DNA from: an uncultured Ignavibacteria bacterium
GTDB lineage: Bacteria; Bacteroidota; Ignavibacteria; Tepidaquicellales; OLB5
Length of the DNA stretch: 64,000 nt
Direction of reading: 5' to 3'
NCBI GenBank assembly: GCA_947084945.1
Contig: CAMTUP010000005.1
Span: 12,535 to 76,534, forward strand
Below are positions 46,282 to 55,286 of this stretch, piece by piece. The notes under the pieces are model-generated. The model was not told the DNA's origin, did no database searches, and saw only the letters and a list, made by a program, of their open reading frames with translations. Positions within the stretch are counted from its first letter, which is position 1. The number at the start of each line of letters is the position of its first letter. A program made the position numbers and the translations under genes.

Positions 46282-48375
46282 ATGCCGGGATTTTCTTCAA
46301 GTTACTCTCCCCTGTTCCTATCTCTAGTTTTGATAATTGCGGTTACAGTATCTTATTTTTTTTATAAAAATACTGCAATTGATAAGTCTAAAAAGACCCT
46401 ATTAATTATTTTAAAATCACTCGCAATTTTTATATTATTAGCTTTATTTATAGAACCGGTACTTTCATATTTAGCAGGTAATAATAACAACAGAAAAGAT
46501 TTAGTTTTAATCGATAACTCAAGAAGTAATTTACTTGTAGATAAATCCGGTGAAATTTTAAAAGTCATAACTGATGCGGGATTATCAAATAATAATGATA
46601 ATGTTTTTACTTTTTCAGATAAAACCGAACAGATAATAAACACAGATTCGATAAGCCACAATGGTTTTAAAACCGATCTTGTTTCATCACTTAGAATGAT
46701 AAAAGAAAATTTCCCTGATGGCTCATATAATTCAATAACGATTATTTCAGATGGTATCATTAATGAAGGGGGCAATCCCTTATATGAGGCACTGAAATTC
46801 AATACCCCTTTTATTGTGATTCCTGTTGGTGATACGGTTATAAAAAAAGATATAATTGTTAAGAATGTTGTTCATAATGAAAAGTCATTTACAGGAACAG
46901 CTACAAAGGTTAAAGCATACATAACAATTGATATAATTAATACGAACAATTTGAATGTAGGGTTACTAAGAGAAGGCGTAGAAGTTAAATCACAAACATT
47001 AAGCATTAAACCCGGAATAAATAATTATGAAGCAGAGTTTGATATAACAGAAACAGAGCCGGGTAAAGTTAAATATAGGGTATCTGTTGAAAATGCAGCT
47101 AATGAGTTGACATATAAAAATAACATTTCAGATTTTTATATCACATTTATAGATAACAGAGTTAATATATTGGTAATATCGGGTGGACCCAGTTACGATA
47201 ATGAGTTCACTGGCTCAATATTAAAACGAATAGGTAATTACAATGTAACTTACCGTACACAAAAATCAGCAAGTGAGTTTTACGAAGGCGGGATTGACAA
47301 TAAAATGTTCGGAGAGCTTTCTTCAATAATTTTGCTTAACTACCCTACCAATGTATCCTCTAGTACAATTGTGAGCGATATTGCAAATAATGTAAAACAA
47401 TTCAGAGTTCCTGTATTATTTTTTGCAGGCAAGAATACTGATTATCAGAAATTGAATTCATTTGATGAATTTATACCGTTTAATATTCAAAGACCAAATT
47501 CAGTTGAAACATTATTCAGGTTACAACCCATTAATGCTGATGGAAACAACTTAGGAAAAGTCCAAGGGCTTTCTTCAACAAATGAAATTTTCAGAAATGT
47601 AACAGGTATTATGCCAAAACCCGGAAGCATTACTTTAGCAACAGATAAAGCCTCGGGTGAGCCTGTAATTATTAACAGAATATCAGGTTATAACCGCTCA
47701 ACAGCATTTTTAGGATATGGACTTTGGAGATGGAAACTGAATTCAGGCAACAATGCAGAAAAGACTTTAGAAACCATGCTGATTGAAACTATCAATATGA
47801 CACTACAGAAAGAAAAAAGAACAAAACTTAGAGTTTATCCTTCAAATGATATTTTTGACTACACCCAACCTGTAAAAATATACGCTGAAGTTTTTGATGA
47901 TAATTACCTGCCAACAAGGAATGCAAAGTTAACAGGGAAGATTTTGCGGAAAGACGGAAGTAATGCTGGAGAACTAAAATTCATATCAGAAGAGAATAAA
48001 TATTTGGCTTTATTGAATCCATTAGCAAGTGGAGACTATTACATAGATTGCGAAGCAGAGCTAAATGACAGCTATTATGCAAGGGATAATTCAAGATTTA
48101 CAACGGACACATTGAATACAGAATACTTTGAAACAAGGACACAAATGGAGTTTTTAAAGGAATTATCATCAAAAACCGGTGGTGATGTGGTTATGAGAGA
48201 TAGTATTAGTAATTACATAAAACTATTAGATAAATACAGGAATTTACCTGGTAAAGAATCAGTAAGTGAGAAATATTTAAGATTTGATTTATGGGGATAT
48301 AAGTATTATTTAATGCTTATAATACTGCTTTTTTCAATAGAATGGGTATTGAGAAAGAAGAATAATATTCCCTAA
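46282..48375 (+). CDS. hypothetical membrane-anchored protein (N-terminal double-TM, C-terminal TM; BatA-like N-terminus)
   Basis: 697 aa with two N-terminal TM helices and one C-terminal TM. No catalytic motif recognised. Confidence 0.5.
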   Translation: MPGFSSSYSPLFLSLVLIIAVTVSYFFYKNTAIDKSKKTLLIILKSLAIFILLALFIEPVLSYLAGNNNNRKDLVLIDNSRSNLLVDKSGEILKVITDAGLSNNNDNVFTFSDKTEQIINTDSISHNGFKTDLVSSLRMIKENFPDGSYNSITIISDGIINEGGNPLYEALKFNTPFIVIPVGDTVIKKDIIVKNVVHNEKSFTGTATKVKAYITIDIINTNNLNVGLLREGVEVKSQTLSIKPGINNYEAEFDITETEPGKVKYRVSVENAANELTYKNNISDFYITFIDNRVNILVISGGPSYDNEFTGSILKRIGNYNVTYRTQKSASEFYEGGIDNKMFGELSSIILLNYPTNVSSSTIVSDIANNVKQFRVPVLFFAGKNTDYQKLNSFDEFIPFNIQRPNSVETLFRLQPINADGNNLGKVQGLSSTNEIFRNVTGIMPKPGSITLATDKASGEPVIINRISGYNRSTAFLGYGLWRWKLNSGNNAEKTLETMLIETINMTLQKEKRTKLRVYPSNDIFDYTQPVKIYAEVFDDNYLPTRNAKLTGKILRKDGSNAGELKFISEENKYLALLNPLASGDYYIDCEAELNDSYYARDNSRFTTDTLNTEYFETRTQMEFLKELSSKTGGDVVMRDSISNYIKLLDKYRNLPGKESVSEKYLRFDLWGYKYYLMLIILLFSIEWVLRKKNNIP

Positions 48376-48486
48376 GCTAATTTCTTTTTGCGACAAAAAA
48401 CATATACCTAAATTAGTTCACTTTTTAATTTACAGTTTATTTTTATATTTGTATAACAAGTTTTTATAAAAGGAGATAAATAATCT

Positions 48487-48843
48487 ATGACTTGGGTAAT
48501 TACCAAATTATGTCTTGACTGCAAAGATACAGAATGCGCAGAAGTCTGTCCAGTTGATTGCATTTATGAGATTCAAGTAGACGACGAAGAATTTTCAAAA
48601 AATATGCTTTACATTCACCCTACAGAGTGCATTGATTGCGCAGCCTGTGAACCAGCTTGTCCATGGCAAGCTATTTATGAAGATTCACAAGTACCTGCAT
48701 TGTTCAAAGATGATATTGAATTGAATGCAAAAGTATTTGAAGTACACCCACCAGAGGATTTTACAACAGAACCAGTTCCAATAAAGAAAAATCCTACCCC
48801 GGATGATATAACGGCAAATAAAGCAAAATGGGGCTTTGCATAA
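48487..48843 (+). CDS. ferredoxin (FdxA-like, two Fe-S cluster motifs)
   Basis: 118 aa. [17 protein letters not shown] and [12 protein letters not shown]. Confidence 0.9.
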   Translation: MTWVITKLCLDCKDTECAEVCPVDCIYEIQVDDEEFSKNMLYIHPTECIDCAACEPACPWQAIYEDSQVPALFKDDIELNAKVFEVHPPEDFTTEPVPIKKNPTPDDITANKAKWGFA

Positions 48844-48860
48844 CATAGAATTGAATTTGA

Positions 48861-48895
48861 AAAAAAGCCACCCATTTTAAAGGTGGCTTTTTTTA
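48861..48895 (+). terminator. rho-independent terminator after ferredoxin
   Basis: aaaaaaGCCACCcattttaaaGGTGGCttttttt. A-run and T-run flanks make it potentially bidirectional. Confidence 0.85.
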
Positions 48896-49078
48896 TAGGG
48901 AATATTATTGCTGAACTGAACTCAATAATTAGTCAGAAAAACAAGTCAAGCCTACTAATACAGTAGTTGCATCAACAACTTGAAAGTGAATTTCCAGTTA
49001 AACAGGTTTATGTTCATCTCTTATGATAGGTAATTTTTCAGAAAACCCCGAAACAAATTAAAATTAAATTTTTATAAT

Positions 49079-50221
49079 ATGAGTAATATATTAGTTTTAG
49101 GTGCAGGTATGGTGGGTAGTGCAATAGCCATTGATTTAGCAAATAATCATAAAGTAACCTTAACAGATATTAATATTGAACGATTAAATTATACAAAAGG
49201 AAAATGCCAGACGCTAGACATTTTTGTACTGAACGTAACTGATAGAAATAAACTTAAATCCATTATAAAAGATTATGATCTCGTCATTTGTGCTGTACCT
49301 GGATTTCTTGGTTTTGAAACCTTAAAAGGAATTATTGAAGCAGAGAAAAACGTAGTGGACATTTCATTTTTTCCTGAAAACTCTCTAGTTTTAGATAAAC
49401 TTGCAATAGAAAAAGGAGTAACAGCCATTGTTGATTGCGGAGTAGCTCCAGGTATGGATAATATCATATTGGGATATTATAATGAAAAATTAAAAATATC
49501 TAAATTTGAATGTTTGGTGGGTGGATTACCTAAAGTTAAAAAATGGCCATTCTTTTACAAAGCTTCTTTTTCACCTATAGATGTTATTGAAGAATATACA
49601 CGACCAGCCAGATATGTTGAAAATGGAAATTTAATTATACGTGAGCCATTATCCGATTGTGAATTCGTAGAATTTGATAGAGTAGGAACATTAGAATCTT
49701 TCAATTCAGATGGATTGAGGTCAATTATATTTACAATGCCTCACATCAAGAATATGAAAGAGAAAACACTACGGTATCCAGGCCATGTTGAATATGTGAA
49801 AGTATTAAAATCATCTGGTTTTTTTGAAAAAGAGAAAGTAAATGTAAATGGAATAGATATCTCACCACTTGATGTTACTAGTAAAATTCTTTTTGAAGAG
49901 TGGAGATTAGCTGAAACTGAAGAAGAAATAACTGTAATGCGAGTTACTATAGAGGGTGAAAATGAAAGAGGAGAAAAAGAGCAATTGATGTACAATTTAT
50001 ATGACGAATACTGCAATAAAACTCAAACATCTTCAATGGCAAGAACAACAGGATATACTGCAACTGCGATAGCAAATATGTTTTTAGAAGGTTTATTTAT
50101 ACAGAAAGGTGTGTTTCCACCGGAATTAATTGGTAAGAGCGAATTATGTTTTAATTACATTATGAATTATTTGAGAAAGAGAAATATTCATTATGTGAAG
50201 ACTTGCTCATCAGAGAAGTAA
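49079..50221 (+). CDS. saccharopine dehydrogenase-family NAD(P) oxidoreductase
   Basis: 380 aa. Rossmann N-terminus ILVLGAGMVGSAIA, with domain order typical of saccharopine/lysine dehydrogenase-like proteins. Confidence 0.7.
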   Translation: MSNILVLGAGMVGSAIAIDLANNHKVTLTDINIERLNYTKGKCQTLDIFVLNVTDRNKLKSIIKDYDLVICAVPGFLGFETLKGIIEAEKNVVDISFFPENSLVLDKLAIEKGVTAIVDCGVAPGMDNIILGYYNEKLKISKFECLVGGLPKVKKWPFFYKASFSPIDVIEEYTRPARYVENGNLIIREPLSDCEFVEFDRVGTLESFNSDGLRSIIFTMPHIKNMKEKTLRYPGHVEYVKVLKSSGFFEKEKVNVNGIDISPLDVTSKILFEEWRLAETEEEITVMRVTIEGENERGEKEQLMYNLYDEYCNKTQTSSMARTTGYTATAIANMFLEGLFIQKGVFPPELIGKSELCFNYIMNYLRKRNIHYVKTCSSEK

Positions 50222-50252
50222 TTCAGTACACTCAACACTAAACAAGATTGAA

Positions 50253-51434
50253 TTAAATGCTTGAAATCACTTTTTCAAATTTAAAACAGAATAATTCAAT
50301 TTCGGTTTTGGTGATTATGTAGGGTGGAAGAAGTCTTATCACATGATCGTTTGTGGTGTTAACCAGTACATTATGTTTCAGCATTTCCTCAACTATTGGC
50401 TTTCCAGATGTAAATAATTCAACACCAATCATTAATCCCATACCACGGATTTCTTTTATTTTATCAGGATATTTTATAGCAATCTCAATAAGTTTGCTTA
50501 TCAAAATCTCACCTGATAATTTATTCTTTTGCATTAAACCAGATTCAAGCTCTTCCATCACAACAATTCCAGAAGCTGCTGCAACAGGATTACCACCAAA
50601 AGTAGAGCCATGCTCCCCATAAGTGAATACATTTTCAACACGTTTATTACCTGCAATTGCACCAAGCGGTAATCCCCCGCCAATACCTTTAGCCATTACG
50701 ATAATATCTGCATTGAGAGAAAACTGAGTGAAAGCACTAAAGGAACCAGTTCTGCCAATACCAGATTGAATTTCATCAGCAGCTATTATAAAGCTGAATT
50801 TTTGTTTAAGCTCATTTAGCTTATCAATAAACTGATTGGTTGCAGGATATATACCACCTTCACCCTGTAGGCATTCAATAAATACTCCGGCAGTTTTATA
50901 GTTAATATGTTTATCAAGGTCATTAATTGAATTAAACTCTAAATGTATAACATCGGGCAATAGCGGTTGGAATTGCTCGCGGTAATTCTTGCGTGCAGTG
51001 AGAGAAAGCGCACCCATCGTTCTTCCATGAAATGAACCTGTAAACGAAACGAGAGTTGTTTTTTCAGTTCCAAAAAAGAATTTTCTTATCAGCTTAATTG
51101 CAGCTTCAATTGCTTCTGTTCCTGAATTGCAAAAGAAAACTTTTTCAAATCCGGAAAGTTTTTTAATTTTATCAGCAAGCGCAATTTGTTTTTCCTGATA
51201 AAATAAATTTGATATATGGATATATTTATCAACCTGTTCTTTTATGGCATTATTCATTTTAAAATGATTATAACCAAGAACATTCACAGCCAAACCGCCA
51301 AACATATCAAGTATTTTTTCACCTGTATTGGTATATAAGTAACAACCATCACCCTTATCAATTACTATTGGCAGTCGTTTATAAGTATGGAAAAAATCTT
51401 TCTCTTCCAGTGATATAAGCTCGCTAATATCCAT
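50253..51434 (-). CDS. class III aminotransferase (acetylornithine aminotransferase-like)
   Basis: 393 aa. FCNSGTEAIEAAIK, DEIQSGIGRTG and the STFGGNP region. Confidence 0.85.
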   Translation of the reverse strand: MDISELISLEEKDFFHTYKRLPIVIDKGDGCYLYTNTGEKILDMFGGLAVNVLGYNHFKMNNAIKEQVDKYIHISNLFYQEKQIALADKIKKLSGFEKVFFCNSGTEAIEAAIKLIRKFFFGTEKTTLVSFTGSFHGRTMGALSLTARKNYREQFQPLLPDVIHLEFNSINDLDKHINYKTAGVFIECLQGEGGIYPATNQFIDKLNELKQKFSFIIAADEIQSGIGRTGSFSAFTQFSLNADIIVMAKGIGGGLPLGAIAGNKRVENVFTYGEHGSTFGGNPVAAASGIVVMEELESGLMQKNKLSGEILISKLIEIAIKYPDKIKEIRGMGLMIGVELFTSGKPIVEEMLKHNVLVNTTNDHVIRLLPPYIITKTEIELFCFKFEKVISSI

Positions 51435-52033
51435 TATAATTTTTTTAATATCTTACTGAATGCTATTACATTTTTATTTAATTCTCGGGGTGAAGAATTA
51501 TTTTTGATGATAAAATCAGATCGCCTAGCTTTCTCTTTTTCATCCAATTGCATACTCATTAAATTTAGCACATCTTTTCGTTTAAGACCATCTCTTTGGA
51601 TAATTCTCTTTAGCCTGATTTCTTTTTTAGTATATATCAATACAACATAATCCATTCTTTTATAGCTTCCAGATTCAAACATAATTGCTGCTTCAAATAA
51701 AATTATCCTGTCTTTGATACCTTTGAGAAGTCTATCCATTTCTTTGAATACAAAAGGGTGAACAATGCTGTTCACCCTTAAGATATTTTTTTCACTAGTA
51801 AAAATTATTTTTCTTGCATTGTCTCGTGATAGCTTGCCGCTCTTGTCAAGAATTCCACGACCAAATTCCTGAACAAGTTTCTTAATAAGCAGTTTATTTG
51901 AAGAGTAAAGTTCTTTAGCAATTTTATCAGCATATATAACCTTATACCCTAGCTTCTCGAAATACACGCAGGCAAGGCTTTTACCTGAACCTATTCCGCC
52001 TGTTATTCCGATTTTAAGTTTTTTAGAGGGCAT
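51434..52033 (-). CDS. coaE: dephospho-CoA kinase
   Basis: 199 aa. P-loop IGITGGIGSGKS and typical length. Confidence 0.9.
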   Translation of the reverse strand: MPSKKLKIGITGGIGSGKSLACVYFEKLGYKVIYADKIAKELYSSNKLLIKKLVQEFGRGILDKSGKLSRDNARKIIFTSEKNILRVNSIVHPFVFKEMDRLLKGIKDRIILFEAAIMFESGSYKRMDYVVLIYTKKEIRLKRIIQRDGLKRKDVLNLMSMQLDEKEKARRSDFIIKNNSSPRELNKNVIAFSKILKKL

Positions 52034-52044
52034 ATACTTACAAA

Positions 52045-53613
52045 TTATTTAGCGAATGCTACAGAGCGTCTTTCTCTGATAACAGTAACCCTGATCTGTC
52101 CGGGATATTCCATCTCGTCCTGAATTTTGGATGCAATATCAACAGAAAGCTGGTCAGCAAGTGCATCGCTAACCTTATCATGCTCAACAATTACTCTAAC
52201 TTCTCTACCTGCCTGAATAGCATAAGTTCTGCCAACACCTTCAAAAGATTTAGCAACTTCTTCAAGTTTCTGGAGGCGTTTAATGTATCCTTCCACAGAT
52301 TCACGCCTAGCACCTGGTCTTGCACCGCTAATAGCATCACAAGACTGTACAATTACAGCTATCGGTGTTTCCATTTCCATATCTTCATGATGCGCACCAA
52401 TAGCATTACAAATAACAGGATGCTCTTTATACTTCTTGGCAAGTTCATAACCTAAAATTGCATGCGGTCCTTCAACATCTCTATCAATAACTTTACCTAT
52501 ATCGTGTAGTAAGCCTGCGCGTTTAGCCATAACAGGATCAAGACCAAGCTCAACAGCCATAATACCGCATAAATGAGCAACTTCAATACTGTGCTGTAGC
52601 AGGTTTTGCCCGTAGCTTGTACGGTATTTCATTCTGCCAACATACCTAATCATTTCAGGATGCAAGCCATGTAAGCCACACTCAATAATTGAATTTTCAC
52701 CGACACGAATAATTTCCTCTTCAAGTTCTTTTCTGACTTTTTCAATAACTTCTTCAATCCTAGTTGGATGAATACGCCCATCTGAAATTAACCTTTCCAT
52801 AGAGATTTTTGCAACTTCTCTTCTAAAGGGATCAAACCCTGAAATTGTAATTGCTTCTGGGGTATCATCAACAATAACATCTACACCTGTTGCTGCTTCA
52901 AAAGCACGAACATTCCTGCCTTCTTTACCGATAATACGACCTTTTAATTCATCGCTTTGAATGTTAAGTACGCTAACGGTTGTTTCAACAGAATGATCTG
53001 CAGCGCTTCTTTGGATTGCCTGAACTATCAGATTTCGTGCAAGCTTCTTGGCTTCAAGCTTCATATCATCGCGAATTTCTTTAAGTTTAGTTGCAGCCTG
53101 CACTTTAGTTTCATCGATGAGATTATTGAGCAGAATATTCTTCGCTTCTTCCTGGGTAAGCCCTGAAATATTTTCAAGTTTGTTATTTTGTTCAAGAATC
53201 AAACAATCAAGTTTTGATTCTTTTTCAGAAACAGATGTGATCTTAGTATTAAAATCATTTTCAAGCTTGTTGATTAATTTTTCTTTCTTAGCATACTCGT
53301 CAATTCTTTTGCTTAAACCTTCTTCTTTATCCTGAAGCTGTTTTTCAAAAGATTTTTGTTTGTTCTTTTTAGATTGGTATTCTGAATCAAATTCCTGTTT
53401 CTTTTTATACCATTCATCCCGAACTTCGAGCAGTTTTTCTTTCTTGATATTTAAAGCAGCTTTTTCACCATCGGCTATTATCCTTTTGGACTGCTCCTCT
53501 GCACTGTTGATTTTTCCCTTTGTTACCTTCACCTGCAAAGTCCAGCCAAGATAAAACGTCGCCGCGCAGAGTATGACGATCAGAGGTATTAGTACATAGA
53601 TTTCTTGCAACAT
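52045..53613 (-). CDS. rny: ribonuclease Y
   Basis: 522 aa. N-terminal TM, coiled coil, KH domain (GRIIGKEGRNVRAFE) and HD domain (LLHDIGK). Confidence 0.95.
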   Translation of the reverse strand: MLQEIYVLIPLIVILCAATFYLGWTLQVKVTKGKINSAEEQSKRIIADGEKAALNIKKEKLLEVRDEWYKKKQEFDSEYQSKKNKQKSFEKQLQDKEEGLSKRIDEYAKKEKLINKLENDFNTKITSVSEKESKLDCLILEQNNKLENISGLTQEEAKNILLNNLIDETKVQAATKLKEIRDDMKLEAKKLARNLIVQAIQRSAADHSVETTVSVLNIQSDELKGRIIGKEGRNVRAFEAATGVDVIVDDTPEAITISGFDPFRREVAKISMERLISDGRIHPTRIEEVIEKVRKELEEEIIRVGENSIIECGLHGLHPEMIRYVGRMKYRTSYGQNLLQHSIEVAHLCGIMAVELGLDPVMAKRAGLLHDIGKVIDRDVEGPHAILGYELAKKYKEHPVICNAIGAHHEDMEMETPIAVIVQSCDAISGARPGARRESVEGYIKRLQKLEEVAKSFEGVGRTYAIQAGREVRVIVEHDKVSDALADQLSVDIASKIQDEMEYPGQIRVTVIRERRSVAFAK

Positions 53614-53721
53614 ATTTTAATTCTCCGTAATTCTAACATATGATTTTAAGTTGAAACTCATTTTATGAAAATTTCTTAATTTTTGAAACTAATATTTTTT
53701 GATACTTAAAATTTTAGAAAT

Positions 53722-53968
53722 AAAAAACCGCACGCGATTAAAACCATAGCGAAAGAGTTATAGATCCCTCTTTCAACACAGTGGGTGAGTGCCGAAATGT
53801 CTTTTAACTTCCACTGATCACATAAATATGGTTTGCATTAGCATTCCTTGTGATTTCACAACAAAAAACTGTGAACGAGGCCTGTAATTAACATTAATAT
53901 CGAGCGTTCTCCCCAATTAAATAGTGTTGGATCTATTTAATTTTTGGCTACGGCTGGTCGGTGCGGTA
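53722..53968 (-). ncRNA. 6S RNA-like structured RNA (or rny leader element)
   Basis: GC-enriched ~245-nt stretch directly downstream of zapA. The ends pair (ACCGCAC/GUGCGGU, AGCCGUAGC/GCUAUGGUU, AUAGAUCC/GGAUCUAU, AACAC/GUGUU) into a long interrupted rod. The 3' end is followed by a U6 run. Confidence 0.5.
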
Positions 53969-54078
53969 AATTTAAATAACCTATCTAAAAGAACAATTAA
54001 TCTTAATAATGTATCAAACAAACGATAAACTAAAGAAAAATTATAATGTATTACTTATTATTTACAAATAAATATCTA

Positions 54079-54378
54079 TTAAGTATTACTTTCTATATAG
54101 TCATTAATTTCTTTAGCTTGGGAACTTAACCCCCCAATTAATAACTTATAGTTTGAATCAAGTAAAGTACTTGAATTCTTCTCTCTATAATAATTCTCTG
54201 CTATATTTAATGCAGAAACAATAGCTACCGTAAAATCAGATTGGTTAGGAATATCATTTTGTACTTTATGCATTAAAGTATCTACATACTGCGCACTTTT
54301 TTCAAGAAGTTCAACATCATCACCTTTTAAAGTGTAATGGTTGTTGAATATTTTGATCCTGATATCCTTAGCATCCAT
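54079..54378 (-). CDS. zapA: cell division protein ZapA
   Basis: 99 aa. IRIKIFNNHYTLKGDD...LEKSAQYVDTLM...AIVSALNIAENY fits the ZapA pattern. Confidence 0.75.
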   Translation of the reverse strand: MDAKDIRIKIFNNHYTLKGDDVELLEKSAQYVDTLMHKVQNDIPNQSDFTVAIVSALNIAENYYREKNSSTLLDSNYKLLIGGLSSQAKEINDYIESNT

Positions 54379-54499
54379 TTGATTTAATTAAGTTTAATTT
54401 TACCTTTTTTTTGAAAATCCCGACCAATTTGGGACATGAAACAAACAATAATTATTAGCTAGTAAAAAATAAAAAACGCTGCTCCTGAAATTTAAGAAG

Positions 54500-54859
54500 C
54501 TAAAAATTATTATTTGATTTCTGTTCAAGATGTGCATCAAGCCTGACCATAAGTTCTCTTATCCTTGACTTCAACTGCGCTTTATCTTCACTTGAAACTT
54601 TATTTTTTCTTTCGTCTAAAAGCTTATTTTTAAATTCTGCAATTTCTTTATCTTTAACTAAAAGTTCTGAATTCCGATTAGATACCTTAATTTCAGATTC
54701 ACTTAAAGAATGCTCTATTTCTTTAACCTTTTCTTTAAGCATTTTAATCTCATCTTTTGAAATATTGTATTTTTCGACCAATACTTTAACTTTTGAGAAC
54801 ATTTTCTCTAGTTCGTTTTTTAAGCCAGAATCATTTACTTTTAAAATTGAGTTATCCAT
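54500..54859 (-). CDS. coiled-coil protein upstream of zapA (function unknown)
   Basis: 119 aa, heptad-rich and highly charged. Confidence 0.45.
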   Translation of the reverse strand: MDNSILKVNDSGLKNELEKMFSKVKVLVEKYNISKDEIKMLKEKVKEIEHSLSESEIKVSNRNSELLVKDKEIAEFKNKLLDERKNKVSSEDKAQLKSRIRELMVRLDAHLEQKSNNNF

Positions 54860-54917
54860 TATATTGGATCATAATAAAACTGCTTTTAAGTCAGAAAAAT
54901 TTGTTTATTATATTTTG

Positions 54918-55286
54918 TTATTTCCGCAATTCTGCTTTTAATTTCTGCTGAAGCTCTAATACTATTTTATCCTGCAACAAATTAACCTCATCATTCGTTA
55001 ATGTCCTCTCGCCAGAGCGAAATTCAAGACTATATGTATAACTTTTTTTACTATCTTCACCCTTTGGTTCAAATATATCATATAAAGATACCTTTTGCAA
55101 CAACTTACCAGTATTTACCGAAAGTATAGTATTGATGATATCACCTTGTTTAATATTGTTATCAGCAACTATACACAAATCACGTAATACAGGCGGATAG
55201 TTAGAGAACGGTTTGAAAAGAACCTTGCCATTTAAAGTATCGCTTAAGGTTAATATAGTATCTTGTATTAAAATGGTATCTCGCAT
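54918..55286 (-). CDS. pheT: phenylalanine--tRNA ligase beta subunit, C-terminal FDX-ACB domain (separated by frameshift)
   Basis: 122 aa. FKPFSNYPPVLRDLCIV...SYTYSLEFRS is the PheT C-terminal domain. Overlaps the end of the 691-aa ORF in the -1 frame. Confidence 0.85.
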   Translation of the reverse strand: MRDTILIQDTILTLSDTLNGKVLFKPFSNYPPVLRDLCIVADNNIKQGDIINTILSVNTGKLLQKVSLYDIFEPKGEDSKKSYTYSLEFRSGERTLTNDEVNLLQDKIVLELQQKLKAELRK

